DNA from: Diadema antillarum
Taxonomy: Eukaryota
Assembly: GCF_040938485.1 (NCBI RefSeq)
Contig: NW_027271994.1
Span: 62,001 to 126,000, forward strand
DNA: 64,000 nt
Reading direction: 5' to 3'
Of the stretch, positions 49,501 through 60,749 are shown piece by piece. Below the pieces are notes generated by a model. The model searched no databases. It saw only the letters and a list, made by a program, of their open reading frames with translations, and had not been told where the DNA came from. The translations under genes were made by a program, and so were the position numbers. How positions within the stretch are numbered: position 1 is the stretch's first letter; every line of letters begins with the position of its first letter.

Positions 49501-52500
49501 AGCGCACAAGATTCATAAACTGAAATATTATAGAATTTCAGAACCTCACGAGGTGCATGGCTCTTCATTTGTGAGCATTGTGTGTGCGTGTGTGTTTGAG
49601 TTTATTTTAACAGGTAGATTTTGATACTGCCCCTAGACTTCCATTGAAGTATCAGCAACTTATGTATGTGCAGTGGTCCATGCAAAGAATTTGAGAGGAT
49701 AAATATTACTGATCTTCCAATTGATATAGCAGCATAAGAATCCTTCAAATAATTTGCACAGAAAAAAAAGAGGGCAAAGGTCGTGATGAAAGGTAAAACA
49801 GAGGCATGTAAAATACGAAGCTGAGAGGCAACAGTGTATACACTCAGGATTGTGTTTGCAATTCAATGACAACCGCTTTATCAATGGCTAGATAAAAAGA
49901 TTGAAGGATTTTAACGTGATAGCCTCAAGCTTTTGAGTTTGAATGCATACATGCAAATTATACAAGAACCCATAAGAACCAAATGAAATTCTAAAAATAT
50001 AATCAATTAACAAACTTTGAGAACTTTTGCACAAATATGGTATATTGATATGCTTTAAAAACGTCATGCAGAAAAAAAATAATAAAAAGATTAAAAATTC
50101 ATACTATAACACCCCATTCACACTGAGCAGAAGTCTTGTTTCTTAAACCGCTGAGGACGAGTCCCAAGTATACTCGGACAAGTGTCCATGGGAAATGCGT
50201 GGTGTAGCAAAATCAGCCAGTCCTAAACGGGTTAAAACCGCTTAATAATGCTTCATTAAGAGTCTTGTGTTCAGTGTAAAGAGATCAGATAGCCATATGT
50301 CGTTTTAGAATCTTTTCTGTACAGTTTAAGCAGAATTTAGAGCTGTCTGGCTTAGTGTAAATACCAAGTGGATTGAAATTTTTGTAAAAAACTTGGAAAC
50401 AAATATCTTCCATTATCCTTCATGGTGTACTATTAACACAAAACCAAATAGTGTGCATATACATCATGAAGGTAGGCTACATGTTTCACAACACAGACCC
50501 GTGCTGCAGTATAAATGGGGTATCAGATTCCCGGCACCGATTTTAATCGACAGCAAAGAAATTTTAAAAGGTAGGTCAGGTATCATAAGTGAAGAGTTTT
50601 TCAAGCAAAATCTGCATAGCATGTGATGCATCTGTATATAACAAAGGTCAAAAACTATTGTGGGACTTGTTTCAAATCAAATTCTTTCCTATCTTACTCT
50701 AAACAACTTCAAATGAAGTGGAGTGATGATAAAGTGTACAATAGACAGTATAGGACACAATACTAATTGTTTCATGATCACTGAAGTCATACGCAATCAG
50801 AATGATTGAGGCAATACAAAGATGGGCATGGTATTAATAAGCATTACTTAAAGTGAGAGAAGATATCCACAGCCCAATATATATCCTCAACAAATTTTTG
50901 AAACACCAGAAAGAGTATAAATGGCTGAGTGCAAACATTTAAATAAATGCGCTCAGTACACAATGTGTAAGTTGTCATTACTATACTGCATGTTTTTAAT
51001 GTAATCAAGGCACTTTATAGTTTGTTATTGTCCTACATGCCTTGTGAGTACATACCATACCATAAATTTTAAGTACCGGTATACTGTATCCGATAATTAG
51101 CCATAATCAAGGAATATTCTAACATAGCTCATGTACAAGCAGGACAACACTGCTTGAAATCAAAGAAGTTGTTTCCAATAGCCAACTGTTATACACTGTA
51201 TATACTGATGTACTTTCCCACACAGGAGGTTCTGATTACAGCTTTTGATACAGATTCAAGATATAATTCACTTTCTCAGGCAAAAAGCTGGACATTTTGT
51301 TTGTATACTTTGCTGATTATGTAATAAAACATCCTCTGATCAAAGACCGGCCATGGTTACTGATTAAATGGATATCACTCTGATTGATAAAATACTTTGT
51401 ATCATTCCTATAATCAGTCATTGAGAGTTCATTTCTCACATTGTTGTCTAATATTCATTACCACTTTTGAGCAAACTCTCTTCATGTGCTACAAGTCCAC
51501 TGAAAGTCTCATTGTTCATGTCTGTTTTCCCTGATTTTCAGACAACTTTGTCAAAACGTTCTGCCTACCAATGCCTCACATATCACAAAGGAAATTGCCG
51601 GCATGCGAAGTATATTATTCTCACACCATTGTGTTATCACTTGTAACACAAAACAACAAGATTTCATACACTGCAGGTACACTCTTGTGATTGTTACCTC
51701 TTTCTCCATTAATGCATTTTCCCTCAGTCTCTCTCTCCTATTTCAGTATTCTTTCACATTGAATTCTAAATAAATGAATAGGGTACATACCATCAATGAA
51801 GTTAATCCCGCAGTCGATCACCACTGCACCAGGCTTGATCCATTCCTTCTGTACGAAGCTAGGCTGTCGGATACCAACTACGATCACGTCAGACTCGCGG
51901 ATCTGAAGTAAAATCGACATTAGGCACTGGGGGATGAGTAGGCAGGTCATTTACTGATAGCATTAAATGATTAGTCTATGTTTTATTTTAATTTTGTGAG
52001 TGTGTGTGTAGATGCGTGTATGTTAAACAGCCACAAAGGAGATTAATAAGTAGCTTTCGGTACAAACTGCCATACAAAGTGGCAACCGAATTCTATCAAA
52101 GAACTGCTCGCTAAAAAGCAAAACAGAACATTTTTTTCTTCTCAGTAAAAAATAGCCATGAAGCAAGAATGACAGACAACAGAAGATTTGAAAAAGAAAA
52201 AAATAAAATCACATAACTTTACTTAATCATATATACCTAACAGTCAGGATGTACTCTACCATGGCTTTCTATGAAAATCATAATAACCCACTCTGTCTCA
52301 TTATTGCTCTTACATTCAGGTTATTCCATTAAGACAATTCTGACACATCTACAATACCTTCTACTAAAATTTATAATATATATTGTGGTTTTACTAATAT
52401 TTTTTTGAACTCTTCAAGAAACTGCTCTATGTATGTCAACCATCTGTACAACTGCTAATTTCAAGAATACGATTGGAAGAATTGCTTCTCTTTTCATGTA

Positions 52501-55500
52501 CTCTCTCTTGTGACAGTGTGTTGAATTGGTAACACCCATTCAGCATGCATTGAAATACATTTAAACTCTACCCTTATATCTACATATCAAAGCGCACATT
52601 AACTACAACCATGAATAGAATCTGTTTACTTTACAGATCTTTCAATTACTTTTTTATTTGCTCATATAAAGTGTTTGCCTTCCCTCTTGGTACATCACTG
52701 TTTACCACTGAAGCATGTAAATAGATTTCTTTGCACTTTGGCAAAGTGGGATATCTCTTGCTTATCATTTCTACACTATGTTCAACTATTGTATGTGAAC
52801 AGACCACTTGTGACTTCATATGAACCTCCTTTGTTTATGACACCTAAATAAGATTATAAACTGCACCAAACATTATGAACATATAATACACAAGTGATAG
52901 CATTACTACCATTGTTTGCAACATATAACTGAACATCCAGTCAAGCAATTCCCTTTTGACAAAAAAAGCTTGGTATTATTGAGTGGGCAAAACATCTTGA
53001 TGTAGCCAAATCATATTGCTAAAAAGCAAAAATTTGTCTAATTAGCAATTTACAATACAACCTCTTCTTGAACTTATTTTTTAAAATTTTTGGTATAAAA
53101 GACAGAACAGCAATATGTTGCCCACTCATCTTCCCATTGACTTGGTCTGCAACACTACACATGGCCAGATATTAGATTTGCCAAACTTAGGCAGATACTT
53201 ACTGATTAATGGCACAAAAAAGATTAATTGGTATTCAACCTAATCTTGACTCCAAATTTTAAGTAAGTCTTTTCCAAAGACTACACAGATAACTTACATC
53301 TAAGTGTATAGTTTGGGTTCTCGTATTGTTACATGGGGTAGGACTTTTTTGTACATTTAATGCTTTTATTTGATCCTCGACCTTTACCAGATTGTAGTGG
53401 GTATCAACAAGACATTAAAGGAGCCAATTATTGTCACCCATATCACATTCCAACAGTTTGTTCCTTACCAATGCAGCATTGCAATTGGTAATCACATTGT
53501 TAATACACTAAAGCAAGACAAACTCAAGCATGGTAGCAGGCTCAAACTTGTTTGGCAATCATGCAGTGTCATGAAAATAACCATCTTTGATGTTATTTGG
53601 GTTACAGTCACTCACGATGTCATCGATGTTTTTGGTGCGAGAATGGCACATGGTGACCGTGGCGTTGTGGGCCCTTAGGAGGTCCGACATCGGGGCACCG
53701 ACAATCTTGCTCCGTCCCAACACTGCCACCCGCTTCCCCTCCACGACCACACCTGTATCGATGAGAAAGGGTGGAAATGTTTGATACATTAAAGGCACAT
53801 TGTAACCAGACGACCCCTTTAAGACTGTGAGGATTTTCATCACATTTCTTATCAGCACTCCCTTACTCACGTTTCTTCCGATACTCAAGGCACTGGATGT
53901 CACGAGTTTCCTTTAAGTTTTAACACAGGACATTATTTGATGATTAAAATGCTATGGTTCAAAGTTCTTACAATATAGGTTCTAGTTTTCTGCCTCTCCA
54001 TATCTCGCTTTTTTTTTTTTTTATGACTGCGTTTAATACTGTTTATCATAAGATTCAAAACTCATACAAACCAGCAGACTGATGGCTCAAATGGATGCAG
54101 AAAGCAGTCAGCTAACAGACTATCAGTGAATCTTGAAGACTGGTAATTGAAGTCTGTATTTTATCACTGTCTGCTAGACTGGCAAAACAAAGAAAGGGTT
54201 AGACATGACAGATCCTAGTATGTAATACTGTACATGCCATATACTCTGCGAGTCTAAAATTTTTTCGAATCGGGTCCGAACAATTTCATTAGGGTAGATT
54301 CACGATTGTGGAGTACAGTAATTGATGGAAAAATGTTTGCGCACATGTCATGTTCAAGTTGAGATCAGAGTAACTATTTTTGTGTGCTTCTAAATTCGCA
54401 AATGGCACCAGCCTCGCAAAACTAGCAAAAAATGAAACGGTAGCTTCGAACTTACCCGATCTCTTCAAGAGCTCCATACATCCACGCGGAGTACATGGCA
54501 AGAAACACTGTCCCAGTTCACCGCGGGCCAACTTCCCTGCATTGTGGTCAGTCAGTCTGGCGAGAGTCATGCACAAAGTGGCACTTACAACGTACATTCA
54601 AACCAAAATTCCAACTGTGTTCACATCTGTTCAGTTCAGGTGATAACTGTTGGTGCATCACAGTAACTATACTTTCTTGCATGAGAGTCACAGATGCAAG
54701 ATCTCTAAATTTACCACTGTGACAAGTTATATTACTTACAGATTCAAAAGAAAGCCATTTTATTCAAATGTATTCATATATCATATGACGATAGCTACTG
54801 AAGCAATAAAGAGGGCACACAATATTCTACATTAATTCAAGATAATACTTTTCCGGGGTTTTTTTTTTGGCTGTGTGTGTGTCAACAATGTAAAATTAGC
54901 CACAGAAATGTTCCATGCATGCTTTCAGAGCTGCTGAGGTATGATATAGGAAGGAAAGACAGATATTAAAGGTAACCATGCTTCTGTTAAGCAGGAGTTA
55001 CAGATTACCATCCCTTCCCAAGCAAGCAATGGCAGCTCACCCATCAACATCCTTTTTGGGAGACACGGCATTGAGGAGGGCATCCTGGTCCATTGGCTCG
55101 TCCGACTCGGGAGGCATCTGGACCAAGATGCCGTGGATCCGAGGGTCCTTGTTCAGGTCACTGATCTTGTGGACCACCTGTATCAAAGGAAAATTCAAAG
55201 GTATGAGGGGACCTGCTTTTATTTCATGATGTGGAGCATTTTGGACATTATGGCACAAAGATCGCTTCAGCACTGCTCTCTAGTACAAAACACGCAGAAA
55301 CATGAAACAAATTCATCTGAATTTCTTACTTGTCACAACTATGTGGAATTGCTCTCAAAGGCAAAAAAGTAATAACATTTCAGCAGATGATGATTATGAA
55401 TGAAGTTCTTGGAAGTGAGTGTACAAAAAGTGTAACAATTTCAGGCCTAAAGCTTTATATAGAGAAGCATTTCATTGTAAGACTTGTATCACAGAGAAAT

Positions 55501-58500
55501 CATTTGCTATGCAGGAGTAGCTTACCTCAGCAAGAGAGCTGGAACTTGGAAGTTTGTAGTGCTCGGCAACCATTCCAATCTGTGCAAGAGCAAAAACAAA
55601 GCCAGTCAAACTTAGCTTCTTTAGTGTTTGTTCAGCAGAGAATGGCCAACAGTAATTGAATCTTTGAAGTATTAAAATCGACTCAAGTTGAAACAACAGA
55701 ACAATACTGTTTCCTTTGTTGTTTCTTTTCTTTTCTTTTTTAATTTTGCATGGGTATCCAGAAGATAATGCTCCTGGTCATAAGGATGTATAACATTTTG
55801 CCAATGCTATATTTTCCTGGATATGCGTTTCTAATCAGCATCCCGGCAAGTGCTTCAAATCCTACAATATATGCATACTGAGAGCAAAGTTTCACTTCTC
55901 TTGACCAGATATCAAAACTCCCCCAGACTGTGAAATTCATAATAGGAAATGGCTGCATTATGACAATCACTATGGAAACTCCCAAAGATTATGAAATTCA
56001 TAATCAGAATGATTTCAACGGGCATAAAAAAATTTAACCATCTTACCTCTGCTGCTGCTGCCAGCTTGAACTTGATGTAGCGATTTGAATCGCATCTGTC
56101 ACCAATCTACATCATGGAATTAGTGATACAGTTGGTAATAAAGCATATATACAGTATATACACAAAGTGAAAGATGCTTCCCTTGTACTGAATGTCTTTT
56201 TGGGAAGGAACATCACATGTGGTTGTCAAAGGCAGATATCAAGTACAGTTGAACCTCTCTTATCCGGCCTCCCTTTATCTGGATCTCTCTATTATACGGA
56301 CGCAATCTCGCCGTGATTTTTTTTTTAATAATTACTCCTTGAGATCTCCTACACAAACACAATGAATTACATTATACTTGATACATTTCTTAATAATTAT
56401 TTAGGTAAATCATCCCAAGAATTTATAAAAGAAAATTATTTCATTCTTGCAAACACGAACCTCTATTTTGGGGTCTGTTACTGAGTGTAACAATGAAAAG
56501 GTTGCAGTATACACATTACTACATGTGGTACTACAATGGGCTACATCAGTACATGTGTATGTATATGTACATGTATAAAGCATTGAGTCTCCCGTATCCG
56601 GCCAAATCCCTTATCCGGATGAGCCCCGGTCCCGACTTGTCTGGATACGAGAGGTTCTACTGTACCTGAAGACTAAAATCCTAAAAATGTCATGAGACTC
56701 AAGTTACAGCCAGGACGAAACATTTAACCAGATACTTAGTATTCAACAGATGTGGTAACTAGTCTGACATACATGTACACAACAAGCTCAATTCAATGTA
56801 TTTAGTGAGAAATGAATCAACAAGGGTACTGAAGAGAAGTACAACATGTATGATAAACAATGCTAGCTTTTTATTAATCATTCTGGTGTGGGGGCATTGT
56901 CATCTAGATTTGGACATTATGCTATTCCAACAGAAGAGGCCATCTGCACATCAAACATCCTCCTAAGAACTGAGCACTTAAAAAGGAAGGCTATTCCTGC
57001 CATCACTAGGTAATTTTTACATGCAGTATTTGAATTCACTTCTTTTGTTTGCTTATTAGTTGTTTTACCTGGACAATGGCAAGTCCTGGCATGAAACCTG
57101 GATGTCTCTCCTTCAGCATAGCAACCTCCTCCTGGAGCTCCTGGCGGATCTCCCTAGAGTGGAATGGAAAGAGAGCATGGAATGAGAATGGAAGGATAGT
57201 TTGCATCTCACAAACACACAAGACCATGTGACTATACGCATTGTAGTCATAAGCATTCACACACACTCACTTACAAACACACAAATCCTACATAAAAAAA
57301 ACCCTTCAATGAATGCAAATGCAGGTGACAATGTTTCTGTTCAGGCACAAAATCAAAAAGACCTCTTGAAGAAAAAAAAAATGAAGCTCACATGAAGAGT
57401 TGATTACGATATAATGGAGAGATAGCAAGTGGCAGAAAGGTGTGAAGGAGAGGGGAGAAGGAGGGTAGAGAAGAGAAAGAGAAGGGAAAGAGAAGGGGAA
57501 GCAGAGGCAAGGGGGAGGTGGAAGGCGAGGGGGAGGGGAATGGGAGAGGATTTATGAGAGGGATGGAAAGACAAATCCAGTTGGGGATAAAGTTCTACAA
57601 GGATTTCCAAACAGATGTCAAATCATGCATACTTAGACATTCTGTCCTTATTACATTACGTATGTAAAGCAAAAAAAAAATGATTTTGAATTCTTATCAA
57701 TAAAAGATGGGACATTTAATTACTCATTGGTGACTTTACATATTGACTAGTCATTAAACTTCAACACACATTTCATAACAAGACATCACTTTTTCAACAA
57801 AGTGCTCGCACTCTCACAAGACCAACATTTCTCTCTCCCCTTACATGTCAGAGCAAAACATGGACACTGCATTGGCACCACACTTTCATGATTTCATGCA
57901 CTACTGGTAGTAATTTCACTTGCCATGATGGCACCGTTCACTATGTACTCTGCATAAAACCCACACTGGGATAATCATGTGACACCAAGGCACAGACACC
58001 TTGTGTAAGCACAACTAGTGCATCGTATTTCCTTTGTTTACTTGTCAACAGAAGAAGACCAAACATGTAGGCGTTATCTCAGTTCCCTAAGCTCAGCCCT
58101 GGGAATGAGGACCTTGATGTGATATCACAAAGGCAAATTATGCACAGAATTCAAACACCTTAGTTCTCCTGGCACCACCCTCGAGGCTTTTGATGTTTCA
58201 TTTGTGCAGAAAGTGACACCTTGTAAATAAATGGCATGTTTGCAAAACAATTACAGGTAGACATATCACACTTATTTTTTACTGTGTGCATGTGTGCAGG
58301 ACTGCCTGTCTGTTCTGTGTATTTTTTTAAAACACACACACACACACATATACACTTTCTGTTCTTCCTATTTCTGTGTATTCATTTCATTGATTCTTTA
58401 TGTTCAAAGGGAGTGGTTAAATACAAACTCCCCTCACGATTGAGAGCAAACACTAGAAGGCTACTGGCCACTGTTATGTAATGTTGCGCAGCACATGTCT

Positions 58501-60749
58501 TTACTTTTCTCCTATGTTCATTACAGCAAATGATTTAAATGAAATGAAATGAAATGATATCAGTAATCATCATTATCAAACATTTCTTCATAACAAAATA
58601 TGATTCTAAAATCATATTTTGCTAATTATATCCCTCACCCTTCAAAGTAGGATAGATTTACAGCACATTTCCCGGATGACCAACAAATTAGTTTTCCGGT
58701 GCATTTTCTGGATTTTTTTTACCTTACCCCCCCCCCCCCCCAATCTGAAAAATGTTCTGCTGCCCATGCATATATTTCAAGTCAGGTGATCACTAATTAA
58801 CCTATTGCAGAGGGCATGTCCACCGTCCTTGGCGACATTATTCTTTGAAATAATGAAAAGGGCAGGGTAGATCTACAGTACATTTCCCGGACGACCAACA
58901 AACCTGTTTTACGGTGCATTTTCTGGATTTTCTTTACCTTACCCCCCCCCCCCCCCCCTCAATCTGAAAAATTTTCTGCTGTCCCTGTATCATATTTCAA
59001 GTCAGGTGATCACTAATTACCCTATTGCAGAGGGCATGTCCACTGTTCTTGGTGACACTGTTCTTTGACATGATGAAAAAAAAAATGGATCCACAAAATC
59101 TTATACCCCCGATCCATCTGTAATATGGAGTTACCATCCAGGGGCAGGGTACATAGGCCCTACAGTGTAACAGTGTACCAATATACAGCAGAGACTCCAA
59201 CCCAAAGCACCTTCTGATCTGGAGATTCTCCCACCTGAAACCCCTAGCAAACGGGAGACTCGAAGTTGATGTGTGCGAAGCGCGAAATTCCTAGGGTTGT
59301 AGATGCTCTCTGGTGCTATCTAAGGCTTATTTTTCAACATACAATAGCAATAAGTAAGAAATCCTTTCCAACGGGAGACACAGAGCCAGGGAGGGAGAAA
59401 TTAAATCTCAAACGGGAGAACGGGAGATTTTGCAAAAATGGGTTTTCGGCGGGAGATCTCCCGTCGAAAACGGGAGAGTTGGAGTCTCTGATACAGGCAA
59501 CCACCACATGCACACACACACACACACACACGTACCTACACGCCTCGCCTGCATATAGGGTTGTTTGCGGCAGTAGCGGATGAATGAAGGAAGCAGAAAA
59601 ATATTAATATGAGAAAGATGTGATGACGAGCTTCATATGCCATCGTATATTTACAAAGTAATTTTCACACTGTGCGATTTTTTTGTGATAACGTCACATC
59701 ACACAGCGATGGATTGCCAGATGACGTATGTCATGGGACCCACTTTTTGTTACTTTGTTTTTGGATGTGTCAGCCATTCCAAAGCCAATTTTCATCTCAT
59801 AATTAATTTGAATTAATTGAATTCCTATTAGATTAGAATGGTATGGTCTTACATAACGTATATGTATATACATGGTTTTTGCGATATCTCATAAAAAGTT
59901 AAAGGTAACCCAATTCTCATCTCCACCATCTAATACCATACCATCCCTCTCAACAGTCACGTCAGGTCACTAAGGGCTAAGGCTAAAAAAGCTAAGCAGC
60001 TCAGCCTGCCCCTGCCCCTGCTGCACTTGACCGAAAGATTGGTCTGTATCTGGTCGTCGGGGATATGTTCTGCGGAGACTGCATCTGGCTTCACTGATCC
60101 CCTACGGAGGAGAGTGATAACGTCAATAAAAATAAAAGACTCCTCCGGACAGACGGATTTTTCTGTCTAACTTGTGTTACTGCACTGCTGCTGCACCTGC
60201 CCTGGGTGGTGCATGGTCCATGGTCTGGATATATGCATGCTGGGGTACGTAGTTTCGGGCCCTTGCTCTCTCTCCTCTCTCTCTCCCTCTCTCTCTCGTG
60301 TTATATTTGATCTGTCAGAGAGAACCAGGCCGCGGTAAGACGGGACTGGTATCCCTCAGCAAACATGGGTGTACATTCAAGCCAGGCACACCATGTCCAT
60401 GCTCCACCTCCTCGCATTTTGTAACAACAGTTTGGTTATGACTGAGTCGAACCGCCAAAATTAACGAGGCGAGGGTGCGTCACTTGCAACGTACATTTTC
60501 ATTTCTAGGCAAGGTAATCTATCGAAAAGCAAATTTAGTAACTTACTTGGCTATTCCTTTCCCGTCGATAATACTAGCCATATCTAGACACGGTCGAAGG
60601 TATGGGTACGGCAAAACTTTCAGCCTCTGACTGGCACTCAAGGCAGATTTGGATACCTCTCTCGAGGTGGTATTGGACACCCAGCGCTTCACGTGTTCAA
60701 AGTGCAAGTTTGTCGATGGCCTCACGATAAGGCTCCGTATCCGAAACAT
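31553..60749 (-). CDS. MTHFD1: Trifunctional C1-tetrahydrofolate synthase (methylene-THF dehydrogenase/cyclohydrolase + formyl-THF synthetase), 989 aa from ATG 60749 or 933 aa from ATG 60581; 20 exons complement(60547..60749, 57069..57153, 56047..56106, 55526..55579, 55041..55177, 54456..54556, 53616..53752, 51791..51902, 42312..42481, 41625..41854, 40862..41045, 39813..39995, 39043..39145, 38180..38466, 37449..37560, 36160..36299, 35403..35545, 34546..34723, 33438..33698, 31553..31642)
   Basis: The exons total 2970 nt in one frame, all GT-AG. D/C domain: IIDGK, YIKFK (YxxxK), [56 protein letters not shown]. Synthetase domain: [88 protein letters not shown] and C-terminal [17 protein letters not shown]…GLF*. 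Confidence 0.96.
32440..32668 (+). mobile_element. LINE/SINE 3' end with (AATC)n tail; 5' boundary approximate
   Basis: Stem-loop GGGGCCTAA…TTAGGTCCCC around ACAAGCTATGCTT, then AATAAA and a microsatellite tail. Confidence 0.5.
33225..33398. mobile_element. Tc1/mariner (Tigger-like) MITE
   Basis: TA-CAGGTAACTCCCGTTACAACG … CGTTATAAGAGGAGCGCACTG-TA. Confidence 0.6.
36730..36926 (+). mobile_element. LINE/SINE 3' end with (AACTC)n tail; 5' boundary approximate
   Basis: GACAGAC…AGGCTTTGCCTT…CTGTC stem-loop, then AATAAA directly followed by a pentanucleotide tail. Confidence 0.5.
38792..39000. mobile_element. TTCGCGAA-rich MITE family C
   Basis: ACTGTAAAACGA … TCGTGTTTTACAGT termini with multiple TTCGCGAA palindromes. 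Confidence 0.7.
39360..39720 (+). mobile_element. Probable Penelope-like element terminal (pLTR) fragment in MTHFD1 intron 12; boundaries approximate
   Basis: Pyrimidine-rich tract surrounding the minimal hammerhead. Minimal palindromic-stem-III hammerheads are an established hallmark of Penelope-like elements. No recognisable ORF remains. Confidence 0.45.
39621..39659 (+). ncRNA. Minimal type I hammerhead ribozyme motif (Penelope-like-element type), slightly decayed
   Basis: GCCU-CUGACGA-A-GAUUCU-GCU-AGGAUU-GAAA-GC-UC^AGGC. Stem I is GCCU/AGGC, the core CUGANGA and GAAA boxes are intact, stem II has 6 bp including two G-U pairs, and stem III is reduced to palindromic AGCU with a CUC cleavage triplet. 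Confidence 0.7.
41516..41608. repeat. Tandem duplication, 46-bp unit x2 next to the MTHFD1 exon 10 donor
   Basis: CAGTGGCATAGCTGTTTGAATTTG(TG)n starts at 41516 and 41562. Confidence 0.85.
43031..43155. repeat. Minisatellite, 5 x 25 bp (AGTCTTGAAAAAGACTGTTTTATGN)
   Basis: Units start at 43031, 43056, 43081, 43106 and 43131 and differ only at the last base. Confidence 0.95.
48622..48863. mobile_element. TTCGCGAA-rich MITE family C
   Basis: TA-CTGTATA … TATACAG-TA with repeated TTCGCGA motifs. Confidence 0.7.
50143..50235. mobile_element. 93-bp piggyBac-type MITE, copy 2 (opposite orientation)
   Basis: Same length, TTAA ends, and an interior that is the reverse complement of 10048-10140 with some substitutions. 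Confidence 0.75.
54228..54445. mobile_element. Decayed family C MITE next to the MTHFD1 exon 6 donor
   Basis: Its left end CTGTACATGCCATATAC…GCGAGTCTA matches the reverse complement of the right end of 48622-48863. Confidence 0.5.
56246..56662. mobile_element. Tc1/mariner (Tigger-like) MITE
   Basis: TA-CAGTTGAACCTCTC … GAGAGGTTCTACTG-TA with TATCCGG subterminal repeats. Confidence 0.75.
58652..59078. repeat. Tandem duplication, ~215-bp unit x2 with poly-C tracts (MTHFD1 intron 1)
   Basis: …ACATTTCCCGGA.GACCAACAAA…CGGTGCATTTTCTGGATTTT…TTTCAAGTCAGGTGATCACTAATTA… occurs twice. Confidence 0.9.
59189..59490. mobile_element. hAT-like MITE with AACGGGAGA subterminal repeats
   Basis: Perfect 13-bp TIR CAGAGACTCCAAC / GTTGGAGTCTCTG; ATACAG flanks both sides. 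Confidence 0.75.

Noticed and set aside
60059-60160. Calling this a canonical HDV-like ribozyme or THF riboswitch
   Set aside because: No convincing P3/L3/P1.1 can be formed, and the resemblance to the THF riboswitch is limited to 'GGAGAGU'. Kept only as an unclassified structured candidate.
31553-60749. Naming the gene MTHFD1L because of the mitochondrial-type leader
   Set aside because: D/C catalytic and cofactor motifs are intact, and the 933-aa short form follows MTHFD1.
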